From the NCBI GenBank assembly GCA_028826165.1, contig JAPDFW010000002.1:1-64000 (forward strand): a stretch of 64,000 bases of DNA, read 5' to 3'. A model generated the notes under the pieces. That model was not told the DNA's origin. It searched no databases and was given only the letters and a program-made list of their open reading frames with translations. The DNA comes from Anaeramoeba ignava BMAN. Lineage: Eukaryota; Protista; Anaeramoebae. This document shows, in pieces, positions 1-14,833 of this stretch (positions are counted from its first letter, which is position 1; each line of letters opens with the position of its first letter). Both the position numbers and the translations under genes were made by a program.

Positions 1-1671
1 TCATCAGGAAGATTATCAACAATTTTCCTTTTAAAAATGGAAAAGCAATAGAATATTTAAACCAAAGAAATTCAAATAAAAATCCTGAAAAAATCCAAAT
101 TGAAAATATTCAAAAAGTAACTGTCGGAACTGGAAATGAAGCTATTTTAACAATAGAAGGAAATGTATTTGCCAAAGGAGAAGATATTAATCCAAAAAAT
201 CTAAATCAATTTATCAATATTTCATCATTAATTAAAGATACAAATGATAGAATAATTGAAGATATTGTTTCTGGAAGATTTTCAATTTATTTATTAACTT
301 CAAATCAAAATGCTTATGGAATTGGTTCAAATGAAGATGGTCAACTTTGTTTTTATTCTGAAATACTTCCAAAAACAGAAAAACCAATTTTAATGATGAA
401 AAAATGTTTCTAAAATATTTTCAGGAAATTCTTCAAATCATGTTTTTCTTTTAAGTTCAAATCAAGAATTATTCTCATGTGGATGGAATGAATATAGTCA
501 AGTTGGATTAGGAGAATCAAGAAAAGAAGAAAGAATCCAAAAATTAACCAAAATCCAAAATATTCCAAAAGGTAAAATAATTGATATTCAATGTGGATAT
601 TCTCATTCAATAATGTTGATTGAAAATCAAAATCAAAATCAAAATCCAAAAAGAAAAATTTATTCATGTGGAAATTGGAGATATAATGGACTTGGTAAAA
701 ATCAAGATACTTATGAATTTACTGAAATCAAATCATCTTTATTTAAAAATGATAATATTCTTGATTTTTCTGTTGGATATGCTCATACTTTGATTTTAAC
801 TTCCAAATCAAAATTAATAGTATTTGGATATAATGAATATGGTCAATTAGGAACTGGAAATACAAATGATTATTCAATTCCAATTCAAATTGAACTTCCT
901 AAATTAAGATTTAATGAAGATATTTCCAATTATCATATTTCTTGTGGATATTCAAAATCATTTATTTATTATTCTCCTTTTCTTTCTCCTTTTTCCAATC
1001 TTGAAGAAGATTTGATAAAATTATTTAGAAGAAAAGAATTTTGTGATATTTCATTTAAAACCAAAAATGGAGAAATAATCAAAGCTCATAAATTAATATT
1101 GAAATATAGATTAAATCAAAATCAAAATCAAATTGAAAAACTTCAAGAAATTATTTCAAAAAAATCAATTAAAGAATTAAATCAAATATTTGAAATAATT
1201 TATTCAAACAATTCCATAATAAATCCAAAATTATATTCTGAAATTAAAGAAATTATAAATTCCAATGAAAAAAGTGAAGAAACAATGAAAAGAATTTATT
1301 TAAATGAAAATGAAAATGAAAATGAAAAAGATTTTATTATTGAAAGAAAAGAAAAACAATATAAATTTCCTAAATTAATATTAATAATGAGAAGTGAATT
1401 ATATCGAGGAATGTTTTTATCTGTAACAGAAGATACTTCAAATAAAGTTACAGATTATAGTGAATTAAGTAATAAATCATTCCAAATATTTGAATATTGG
1501 ATTTATTCAAATCAAATTAAAGATGAAATTCAAATTACACAAGAAATCATTGATGAAATTGAAATTGGAATTGATTATTTTCAATTAAATCAAACAAATC
1601 CAAATTTATTTGATTTATTAATTAACAAATTTAATAATCAAAAAAAGAAAAATGATTGTTTAATTTTTTAA
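1..1671 (+). CDS. RCC1-repeat + BTB/POZ protein (5' end outside window; two apparent 1-bp homopolymer frameshifts near 33 and 402)
   Basis: RCC1-like blades (GSNEDGQL, CGWNEYSQVGLG, SVGYAHTLILT...FGYNEYGQLGTG) are followed by BTB-like segments (FCDISFKTKNGEIIKAHKLIL; KDFIIERK..YKFPKLILIMRSELYRGMF). The upstream 612 bp translate as more RCC1 repeats if the two indels are corrected. Confidence 0.8.
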
Positions 1672-1715
1672 ATAAGAAATTATTGAAGAACTTCAAACAG
1701 AAATTAATTTTTTCC

Positions 1716-1932
1716 AATTAAAATTAAAATTAAAATTAAAATTAAAATTAAAATCAAAATTAAAATTGAAATCAAAATCAAAATTAAAATCAAAATTAAA
1801 ATTAAAATTAAAATTAAAATTAAAATCAAAATTAAAATTAAAATCCAAATTAAAATCAATATTAAAATTAAAATTAAAATTAAAATTAAAATCAAAATTA
1901 AAATTAAAATTAAAATCAATATCCAATTAAAA
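1716..1932. repeat. (AAAATT/AAAATC)n hexamer microsatellite, intergenic
   Basis: Visible tandem hexamers; they generate the spurious FN/IL ORFs. Confidence 0.9.
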
Positions 1933-2180
1933 TAATTACCATTTTTTTTCAGAAATGGCAAATTCAAGTTGAAAAATTAAAATGATCTTTTTGACACAAA
2001 AAAAAAATAAAAAATGAATGGAATTGATCAAAAAAAAAAGAGGGATTTTTTATATAAAAGAAATAAATACCCACAAAAAATCCATTTTTCAATTTGATTA
2101 AAAAAATTTTTAAATTTTAAATTTTAAATTTTAAATTTTCAATTTTCAATTTTTAGAAACTAAAAAAAAATTTAAAAAAG

Positions 2181-3824
2181 ATGGAAAAAACAGAAGAAAA
2201 AGTGTGTGAAATAATAAAAAAAAGAACAACGATTAGAAGTTTTATCAAGAAGGAAATTCCACAAGAATTACTAGATGAAATATTGCAAGTTGTTCAATCA
2301 TGTCCAACAGCCGGAAATCTTCAAGGATTCAAAGTGTATGTTGTTAAAAAGCAGGAAATTAAGAAAAAGCTTTCAGAATCAGCTTGGTCTCAAAAACATG
2401 TTCTTGAAGCTGATGTTGTTCTTGTTTTTTTTGCTTATCCTCAACGTTCTTCTAAAAAATATGGTCAAAGAGGTCAGAATTTGTATTGCTATCAAGATGC
2501 TACTATTGCTTGTTCTTATGCTCAAATTGCTGCTCATGCTCTTGGTCTTTCTTCTGGTTGGGTAATATTTAATTTAATTTAATTTGAATACTTATTTAAT
2601 TTGAATACTTATTTAATTTGATTTAAATTAATTTAATTTGGAATTATATTTGGAATTGATTTGAATATTTAATTTAATTTAAATATTTATTTAATTTAAT
2701 TTAATTTAATTTAAATATTTGATTTAATTTAAATATTGATTTGATTTAAATATTTATTTAATTTAATTTAATTTAATTTAAATATTTGATTTAATATTAA
2801 TTTAATTTAAATATTTAATTGGATTTAATTTAATTGGATTTAATTTAAATATTTGATTTGAATTTAAATATTTGATTTGATTTAAATATTTAATTTGGAA
2901 TTATATTTGGAATTGATTTAATTTAATTTGAATAAAATATTTATTTGGAATTATATTTGGAATTGATTTAAATATTGATTTGATTTAAATATTTGATTTG
3001 AATTTAAATATTTGATTTATTTTTAATATTAATTTAATTTAATTATTAATTTAATTTAAATATTGATTTGGATTTAATTTAATTTGATTTAAATATTTGA
3101 TTTAATTTGATTTAAATATTTGATTTAATTTAAAATATTTGATTTAATTTAAATATTTAATTTAAATATTGATTTGATTTGGAATTATATTTGGAATTAA
3201 TTTAAATATTTATTTTTAATATTAATTTAATTTAAATATTGATTTGGATTTAATTTAATTTGATTTAAATATTTGATTTAATTTAAATATTTGATTTAAT
3301 TTAAATATTTGATTTGAATTTAAATATTTGATTTATTTTAATATTTGATTTAATTTAATTTTAATTTGGAATTATATTTGGAATTGATTTGAATATTGAT
3401 TTGATTTAAATATTTGATTTGAATTTAAATATTTGATTTATTTTAATATTTGATTTAAATATTGATTTGAATTTAAATATTTGATTTAATTTAAATATTT
3501 GATTTAAATATTTGATTTAATTTAAATATTTAATTTGATTTAATTTAATTGGATTTAATTTAAATATTTGATTTAATTTAAATATTTAATTTGATTTAAT
3601 TTGATTTAATTTAAATATTTGATTTGAATTTAAATATTTGATTTAATTTAAATAAGGTTGGTGCCTTTAATGATGATGAAATCAAAAAGATTTGTAATGC
3701 TGAAGATGAATTAATTCCTGTTGCAATGTTACCTCTTGGATATGTTGATCCTGAATCCAAGAAAAAAGCAGAAGAAAAAGGAAAATCAAGATTACCACAA
3801 GAAGAAATTGTTCATTTCCTCTAA
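2181..3824 (+). CDS. Nitroreductase-family flavoprotein; exons 2181-2561 and 3657-3824
   Basis: Motifs RTTIRSF, CPTAGNLQ and QDATIACSYAQIAAHALGLSSGW. After a GT..AG intron (2562-3656) the frame continues VGAFNDDEIKKICN..PVAMLPLGY..KSRLPQEEIVHFL*. Confidence 0.9.
2562..3656 (+). repeat. Intron filled with degenerate TTTAAATATTTGA/TTTGGAATTA repeats
   Basis: 1095-bp GT..AG intron made almost entirely of short AT-rich tandem units. Confidence 0.85.
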
Positions 3825-4123
3825 AGAAATCATTTCTTTTTTTTTCAGTTGAAAAAACAATTTCAAAAAAAGAAAAAAGGGAAAACAAAAATAATTTTTT
3901 TTTTGTTCCACTTTTTTTTTTGTTCCAATTTTATCTTTTTGGAACTTTCAAAACATTTTTCAAATCAAATTTCCAATAAATTCAAATTGAATTCTTTTTT
4001 TTTTATTTTTAATTTTAAAAAGAAAAATATTAATCATTATTTTATTAAAATGACTAATTCAATTTTTTTTTTATTTTTATTTTCATTTTATTTTTTTCAT
4101 TTTTTTCAATTTATTATTTGATA

Positions 4124-6602
4124 ATGTCCAGATCACAAAAAAAAATTGATAAAATTGTAAACGAACAAAAAAAGCATTTCCAAACAAATTTATAAACAAA
4201 TTTATAAATAAATTTACAATTAAATTTATAATTAATTTTATAAACAAATTTATAATTATATTTATAATTATATTTATAATTAAATTTATAATTAAATTTA
4301 TAATAAAATTTATAATAAAATTTATAATTAATTTTATAATTATATTTATAATTAAAAAAAAACTTTTTGATAAAAATAGAATTTTGAGATTTTTACATTA
4401 ACTTATGGAGAAATTGTAACAACTCTTCTTAAAGATTATGAAGATGTTGAAGAAGTAAATAACCAACTTGATAAAATGGGATATTCAATGGGAATTCGAA
4501 TGGTTGATGAATTTTTAGCTTTTACTGGTCTTAATAAATGTAGTGATTTTAGAGATACTGCTGATGCAATTGCAAATGTAAAAAACTAAATTAAATTAAA
4601 TTTAAAAACATTTATAAATTAAATTACAAAACATTTATAAATTAAATTACAAAATATTTATAAATTAAATTAAAAAACATTTATAAATTAAATTTAAAAA
4701 CATTTATAAATTAAATTTAAAAACATTTACAAATTAAATTTAAAAACATTTATAAATTAAATTGAATTGAAAACAAATTAAATTTAAAAACATTTATAAA
4801 TTAAATTACAAAACATTTACAAATTAAATTGAAAATATAAATAGAAAGCATTTCCTTTATTTCTTGGATTTCCTGCTGGAATTCAAAATTTTGATGAAAA
4901 AAAAAAAGAATTTTCATTGGTTCTTGATCAAAATCCATTAATTGAATTTGTAGAATTACCACCAAAATACAAAGGATTATTTTATTGCAATATTTTATGT
5001 GGAATTATTCGGTAAAACAAAAACAAATTTAAAATAAATTCAAAACAAATTCAAAACGAATTAAATTCAAAATGAAAATTAAATTGAAAACAAAATAAAA
5101 TTAAATTCAAAACAAATTCAAAACAAATTCAAAACAAATTCAAAACAAATTAAAAATAAATTCAAAACAAATTCAAAACAAATCCAAATTGAATTCAAAT
5201 TTATTAATGAAAATTAAATTGAAAACAAAATAAAATTAAAACAACAAATTCAAAACAAATTCAAAATGAATTAAATTCAAAACAAATTAAAAATGAATTC
5301 AAAATGAATTAAATTGAATTCAAAACAAATTAAATTAAATTCAAAACAAATTCAAAACAAATTGAAAATAAATTCAAAACAAATTCAAATTAAATTCAAA
5401 ATAAATTCAAAACAAATTAAATTGAAAAACAAATTAAACTCAAAACAAATTCAAAACAAATTCAAAACAAATTCAAAATAAATTCAAAATGAATTCAAAA
5501 TAAATTTAAATTCAAATTCAATTTAAATTCAAAAATAAATTCAAAATTAATTTAAATTCAAAATTAAATTCAAAACAAATTAAATTCAAAATGAATTCAA
5601 ATTTATTAATGAAAAATAAATTGAAAACAAAATAAAATTAAAACAAAAACAAATTCAAAACAAATTCAAAACAAATTAAATTGAAAACAAAACAAATTCA
5701 AAACAAAAATAAATTGAAAACAAATTAAATTCAAAACAAATTCAAAATAAATTCAAAACAAATTCAAAACAAATTCAAAACAAATTCAAAACAAATTCAA
5801 AATGAATTCAAAATGAATTCAAAACAAATTCAAAACAAATTCAAAACAAATTCAAAATGAATTAAATTCAAAACAAATTAAAACAAAAACAAATTCAAAA
5901 CAAATTAAATTCAAAATGAATTCAAAATGAATTCAAATTTATTAATGAAAAATAAATTGGAAACAAATTCAAAATAAATTGGAAACAAATTCAAAATAAA
6001 TTCAAAACAAATTCAAAACAAATTCAAAATGAATTCAAAATTAATTTAAATTCAAAATTAAACTCAAAACAAATTGAAAACAAATTCAAAATTAATTTAA
6101 ATTCAAAATTAATTTAAATTCAAAATTAAACTCAAAACAAATTTAAATTCAAATTCAATTTAAATTCAAAACGAATTCAATTTAAATTCAAAACAAATTA
6201 AATTCAAAATGAATTCAAATTTATTAATGAAAAATAAAATTAAAATTAAAACAAATTGAATTCAAATTTATTAATGAAAAATAAATTAAATTGAAAACAA
6301 ATCCAAATTGAATTCAAATTTATTAATGAAAAATAAATTGAAAACAAATTCAAAACAAATTCAAAACAAATTAAAATTAAATTCAAAACAAATTTAAATT
6401 TATTAATGAAAAATAAATTTAAATTCATAATTAATTTAAATTAAATTAAATTAAATTAAATTCAAAATAATTATTTAGAGGATCTCTTGAAATGCTTCAA
6501 ATTGATGTTGAGGCTAAATACAAAAAATGCGTTTTAAGAGGTGATGAACGTTCTGAAATTTTCATTAGTCTTAAACAAGATCCAAAAAAAGGAGATAAAT
6601 AA
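4124..6602 (+). CDS. BET3: TRAPP complex subunit Bet3/TRAPPC3; exons 4124-4156, 4380-4577, 4845-5011, 6479-6602 (absent from the ORF track)
   Basis: Spliced translation MSRSQKKIDKI/NFEIFTLTYGEIVTTLLKDYEDVEEVNNQLDKMGYSMGIRMVDEFLA..KCSDFRDTADAIAN/KAFPLFLG..NPLIEFVELP..LFYCNILCGIIR/GSLEMLQIDVEAKYKKCVLRGDERSEI matches the Bet3 signature; all introns are GT..AG and in phase. Confidence 0.93.
5012..6478 (+). repeat. Bet3 intron 3 filled with about 11-bp CAAAACAAATT-type repeats
   Basis: 1467-bp intron of tandem degenerate units. Confidence 0.85.
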
Positions 6603-6777
6603 AAATATTTGCTTTTTTACTTTTTTGATAATTTTCTTTTCAAAAATTTTTTCTTTTTTGCTTTTTTCTTTTTTTCTTTTTTTTCTTTTCAAATATCCAA
6701 AAAAATAAAAAAGTGGAACAAAAAAAATTTTAAATTTATTTTGCTTTCTTATTTTTTAAAAAAAAAAAAAAGAAAAT

Positions 6778-8861
6778 TCAAATAAAAAATGCTTCCAATT
6801 CATCAATTTTCCATTGATCAGAACTACCAGCTAAATAATAATTTAAAGAATCACCTTTTTCAATATTTTTAGGAGTTTGATAAGAAAAACCGAAACGAGA
6901 GAAAAAAATATCAAAATCATGAGTTGGATTGCCAGATCTTGAATAAATACCAACATCACCACCAAAATGTGGACCATGACTTGGTTCATAATAAATTGCC
7001 CATTTGATTTTTTTCTTGCGAATTTTGAATTTTTGGGGAATTCGATCTGGATCAATTCCACTTTGCAAAGAAAATAGAAACGCTTTTGAATCTGCAATAA
7101 AATTTGGTGTATTTTTTACAATCCAACCAACAGAAGTCCAACCGCCAAAAATAAAATTATCAGCTGTTTTCATAAGAATTAGAGTTTTTCCTTTTGAATC
7201 ACATTTTTGGTGAAAAATTTGCCCACAAAATCCATCTCTTTTTCCTGAATATCCTAATTTCATTGATAAAAAAAATTCATCATCTGCAATCCATCTTTGA
7301 AGTGTTTTTATAAAATGTTTATGATCTTTTCTTATAATTGCACTTTCTGGAAATCTGAAGCGCGGTGTGAACATTTGAATCAAATCTTGATTTTGGTTTT
7401 GATTTTGATTTTGATTTTGATTTTGAATTTGAATTTGAATTTGAATTTGATTTTGATTTTGATTTTGAATTTGATTTAGATTTTGATTTTGAATTAAATT
7501 TTGATTTTTATTTTGATTTTGATTTTGATTTTGATTTTGATTTTGATTTTGATTTTGGTTTTGGTTTTGATTTTGTATTTTTTTATCTTTGAAATTTGGA
7601 TTTATTGTTTTTTGAAAGTGTTCAAAAATATGATTTGGAATTAATCCTATTCGATGAAATTTTTGCATATTTTCAGTTTCGAATTCGCAGAAGCGAACTT
7701 TAGAAAGAAAGGGTTGAATTTTATCTCGAATGATTTGCAACATTTGATTTTGATTTAAATTTTGATTATTTTCATTATTTTGATTTTGATTTTGATTTAA
7801 ATTTTGATTTTCATTATTTTGATTTTGATTTTGATTTTGATTTTGATTTTGATTTTGATTTTGATTTTGATTTTGATTTTGATTTTGAATTTGATTTTCA
7901 TTTTGATTTAAATTTTGATTTTGATTTTGATTTTGATTTTGATTTTGATTTTGATTTTGATTTTGATTTTGATTTTGATTTTGATTTTGATTTTGATTTT
8001 GATTTTGATTTTGATTTTGATTTTGATTTTGATTTTGATTTTGATTTTGATTTTGATTTTGATTTTGATTTTGATTTTTGTTTTGATTTTGATTTTGATT
8101 TTGATTTTGATTTTGATTTTTGAATTTGATTTTTGATTTTGATTTTGATTTTCATTTAAATGTTCTAAATCCTCAACAGAAATATTTAATTTTGATTGAG
8201 ATTGAGCCCATTTAATAAGAGCATAAAAAAGCTCCATTTCATCATCAATCATAATCGGATCCATATTTAAAGCATTCATAAGTTCATTTTCCTGAAGAAA
8301 TTGGAAAGAATCATTTTGAATAATATCTTGAATATGGTCTGAAATGAATCTGAGAGAAAAATCATAAAGATTATTAAGACCAAAACAATTAGCCATATTA
8401 AGAATTTCAACGACATTTTGAGACGAAATTTTTTTGGTGATAAATTCGCCCAGAAAATCAAAGAAATCCTGATCAAAAAGCAGGAGTTTATGAGCAGAAA
8501 TTAAAAGATCAATAGCATTTTCTTCATCAATTTTAATTGTTCCTGTGTAAATGAATTGCAACATTTGCTCCATAATTTGGGGAGAAATGTCGTTGAATTC
8601 TACTTTTCCTTCTTCATATTCTTTCATTTTACTTCGGAAAAGCCCTTGGAAATACTGGCTTCTACAAGAAAGAATTGCACGATGACAATTGAACGTTATT
8701 TTTTGCTTTTCTTTTGTTTTTGTGTTTGTAATAATTATTTGAAAATCACTTAATGTTTCTGTTTTTTCATTTGTTAATAGGTTTTTGAGATTTAAAGAAA
8801 GTTCTGTTAAATTAGAATATGGTTGTGGAATTTGTAAAGAAAAACCAAAAATTTCTGACAT
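6778..8861 (-). CDS. BTB-BACK-TLDc domain protein (frame broken inside the poly-NQ tract at about 7745-8150)
   Basis: BTB (SDFQIII..FNCHRAILSCRSQYFQGLF), BACK-like helices (EMELFYALIKWA..FLSKVRFCEF) and TLDc (YSGKRDGF..FHQKCDSKGKTLILMKT..IFGGWT..SKAFLFSL..WKIDELEAF). The ORFs 7908-8876 and 6778-7743 are two halves of one gene. Confidence 0.85.
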
Positions 8862-9180
8862 AAAAAGAAAAAACAAAAAAAAAGAAAAAAAATGAAAAGA
8901 AAAAAATGAAAAATTTTTCTTTTGATTCCAATTTTAAATTTTTTTTTTTTTTATTATTTTTTTTAAAAAAAATTCTCATAAAAAAAAAAAAAACAAAAAC
9001 AAAAACAAAAACAAAAACAGAAATATTAAAAAAAAAAAATAGAAAGAAAGTCAGTTGAAAAAGCTTTTTACAATCTGAACGAAAGATTTTTTAAAAGAAC
9101 CGAAAAATTAAAATTAAAAAAATTAAAAAAAGAAAATCCAATTATAAAAAAAAAAAAAAAACCAATCAAAATTTTTTTGA

Positions 9181-11015
9181 TTAAAGAATTGAACATCTTT
9201 TCTTTTTAACAACTGGTTTTGATTGTCCACGAATAACACGAACAATTTCATGAAAAGCTTCTTCAACATTTAAATTTGTTTTTGCTGATGTTTCAATATA
9301 TGGGCAATGAAATGATTTTGCTAAATTTTTTCCTTCTGCTATTGAAACTACTCTTCTGTTTTTTAAATCAATTTTATTCCCTACAAGAACTAATGGCACA
9401 TTATCATCATCTTTCACTCTCAAAATCTTGTTTTCATTTTAATTTTAATTTTAAATTTTAATTTTAATTTTAATTTTTAATATTAATTTTAATTTTAATT
9501 TTAATTTTAATTTTAATTTTAATTTTAATTTTAATTTTAATTTTAATTTTAATTTTAATTTTAATTTTAATTTTAATTTTAATTATAATTTTTAATATTA
9601 ATTTTAATTTTAATTTTAATTTTAATTTTAATTTTAATTTCAATTTTAATTTTAATTTTAATTTTAATTTTTAAATTTTAATTTTAATTTTAATTTTAAA
9701 TTTTTAATTTTTGATTTTGATTTTAATTTTAATTTTAATTTTAATTTTAATTTTAATTTTAATTTTAATTTTAGTTTTAATTTTAATTTTAATTTTAATT
9801 TTAATTTGAATTTTAATTTTAATTTTATTTTAATTTTAATTTTAATTTTGATTTTAATTTTAATTTTAATTTTAATTTTAATTTTAATTTTAATTTTAAT
9901 TTTAATTTTAATTTTAATTTTAATTTTAATTTTAATTTTAATTTTAATTTTAATTTAATTTTGAGTAATTTTGATTTTAATTATAATTTTAATTTTAATT
10001 TTAATTTTAATTTTAATTTTGATTTTAATTTTAATTTTAATTTTAATTTTAATTTTAATTTTAATTTTAATTTTAATTTTAATTTTTGATTTTAATTTTA
10101 ATTTTAATTTTAATTTTAATTTTAATTTTTCAAGATATTTCGAATGAATTACTTGATCTCTAAATTCATTAATTTCTTCAAAAGATGCTTTATGAACAAC
10201 CGAATAAACTAATAAAAATCCTTGACCTGTTTTCATATATTGTTCTCTCATTGAACTATATTCTTCTTGACCTGCTGTATCAAGAATATTCAATAAACAA
10301 GGTTGTTCATCAACCATTAAACTTTTTCTATAAGTTTCTTCAATTGTTGGATCATATCTAAATGCAAAAATTTTCAAATAAAATTAATTTTAATTTTAAA
10401 TTTTAAATTTTAAATTTTAATTTTAATTTTAATTTTAATTTTAAATTTTAATTTTAAATTTTAATTTAAATTATAATTTTAATTTTAATTTTAATTTTAA
10501 TTTTAATTTTAATTTTAATTTTAATTATGATTTTAATTTTAATTTTAATTTTAATTTTGATTTTAATTATAAATTTGTTTTAGTGATGTTTATTTTTGTC
10601 TCATTTTTTTTAGAAATTATAAATTTGTTTTAATGATCAAATAATTTCTTTAATTGAAATTTTAAGTTGTTAATTTTGTTTTTTTAATTTTTTAAATTTT
10701 TTAAATTTTAAAAAAAGATATAAAAAAAAAAGAAAAAGGAAAGCATTTTTTTTGTTGAAAATCAATAATTATTATTAATATTATTATTATTATTAATATT
10801 ATAATTATTATTATTATGCTTTATTAAATAAAAATGGAAAAAAAAACAAAATATTGTTTCTTTTTGTCTTTTTTTCTTTTTTGGAAATTTGAAAATGATT
10901 GAAAAAAAAAATCTAAAAGACGTTACTCTGTAATAAATCTGTTTTGTAAAAATTGAATCGTTAAAGCACTTTTTCCAACACTTCCTGGACCAACTACAAC
11001 AATTTTTAATTCCAT
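9181..11015 (-). CDS. Ras-family small GTPase; exons 11015-10927, 10357-10153, 9426-9181
   Basis: [49 protein letters not shown], and a polybasic C-terminus with CaaX (KKKRCSIL); GT..AG introns are in phase. Confidence 0.93.
9427..10152 (-). repeat. Ras intron 2 filled with (AAAATT)n
   Basis: Tandem hexamer between the donor at 10152 and the acceptor at 9427. Confidence 0.88.
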
Positions 11016-11289
11016 AAAACTTTTTTAAATTAATTAAAAATTTTTTTTAATAAAAGTAAAAAAAAAAAATGAAAAAAAAAATTAATAAAAATTTTTTAAC
11101 AATAAAGAAAAAGGGAATTTTAATTTTAATTTTAATTTTATTTTAATTTTATTTATTTTTCCCTTTTATCTCTTTTTTTTAATAAATGATCTTTTTTTTT
11201 CATATTTTTTTTTCTATATATAAAAAAATATCTTACATATAATTTTAAAGTATTTTTATTATTATTAAAAATTAAAATAAACAATTCAA

Positions 11290-12725
11290 TTAAAATCATC
11301 AATAAATTTAATTAATAAATCCAATTTAAAAAAGTGGAATAAATCTAATTTAAAATAATCAATAAATCTAATTTAAAATAATTAATAAATCCAATTTAAA
11401 ATAATTAATAAATCTAATTCAAAATAATTAATAAATTTAATTTAAAATAATTAATAAATCTAATTTAAAATAATTAATAAATCTAATTTAAAATAATTAA
11501 TAAATTTAATTTAAAATAATTAATAAATCTAATTTAAAATAATTAATAAATTTAATTCAAAATAATCAATAAATCTAATTCAAAATAATTAATAAATTCA
11601 ATTTAAAAATAATTAATAAATCTAATTTAAAAAGTGGAATAAATTTAATTTAAAAATAATTAATAAATCTAATTTAAAATAATTAATAAATCTAATTTAA
11701 AATAATTAATAAATTTAATTTAAAAAATAATTAATAAATTTAATTTAAAATAATTAATAAATTTAATTTAAAAAGTGGAATAAATTTAATTTAAAATAAT
11801 TAATAAATTTAATTCAAAAAGTGGAATAAATTTAATTTAAAATAATTAATAAATCTAATTCAAAATAATCAATAAATCTAATTTAAAATAATTAATAAAT
11901 CTAATTTAAAATAATTAATAAATTTAATTTAAAATAATTAATAAATCTAATTTAAAATAATTAATAAATCTAATTTAAAAATAATGGAATAAATTTAATT
12001 TAAAAAGTGGAATAAATTTAATTTAAAATAATTAATAAATCTAATTTAAAAAAATTAATAAATCTAATTTAAAATAATTAATAAATTTAATTTAAAATAA
12101 TTAATAAATCCAATTTAAAATAATCAATAAATCTAATTTAAAAAATGGAATAAATTTAATTCAAAATAATGGAATAAATCTAATTTAAAATAATTAATAA
12201 ATCTAATTTAAAATAATTAATAAATTTAATTTAAAATAATTAATAAATCTAATTTAAAATAATTAATAAATCTAATTTAAAATAATGAATAAATTTAATT
12301 TAAAATAATCAATAAATCTAATTTAAAATAATTAATAAATCTAATTTAAAATAATTAATAAATCTAATTTAAAATAATTAATAAATCTAATTTAAAATAA
12401 TTAATAAATCTAATTCAAAATAATTAATAAATCTAATTTAAAATAATTAATAAATTTAATTTAAAAAAAGTGGAATAAATCTAATTTAAAATAATTAATA
12501 AATCTAATTTAAAATAATTAATAAATCTAATTTAAAATAATTAATAAATCTAATTTAAAATAATTAATAAATCCAATTTAAAATAATTAATAAATCTAAT
12601 TTAAAAAAGTGGAATAAATTTAATTCAAAATAATCAATAAATTTAATTTAAAATAATTAATAAATTTAATTTAAAATAATTAATAAATTTAAAAAAAGTG
12701 GAATAAATTTAAAAAAAGTGGAATA
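11290..12725. repeat. 23-bp minisatellite (TAATTAATAAATCTAATTTAAAA), about 60 copies, with interspersed AAGTGGAATAAA variant units
   Basis: Unit starts are 23 bp apart (e.g. 11471, 11494). It lies between the Rab 3' end and the Ras 5' end. Confidence 0.9.
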
Positions 12726-12809
12726 AAATTTTTTTTTGTTTATTTTTTGGATTATTTCTGTAGAACAAAATCAATTCAGAAAAAAAAAAATCCAAAAGAA
12801 AAACAATAC

Positions 12810-14705
<1,896 letters not shown>

Positions 14706-14833
14706 TCAATAAAAAAACAAATAAAGAAAAAAAAAAGAAAGAAAATAAAGGAAAAAATGAAAAATCTTTTTTTTTTTTTTAAAAAAACTTTTTTTCATTT
14801 TTTTTATTTTTTCAATTTTTTTTTGCATTTAAA
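14706..14833. promoter_or_regulatory. Putative 128-bp bidirectional promoter between the Rab2-like and TBC RabGAP genes
   Basis: Divergent ATGs at 14705(-) and 14834(+). The left half is A-rich and the right half T-rich, so each ATG has a T-rich upstream region on its own sense strand. Confidence 0.6.

Noticed and set aside
11290-12725. CRISPR-like appearance of short regular repeats (also 35480-37682)
   Set aside because: Head-to-tail tandem units with no unique spacers, no cas genes, and a eukaryotic context.
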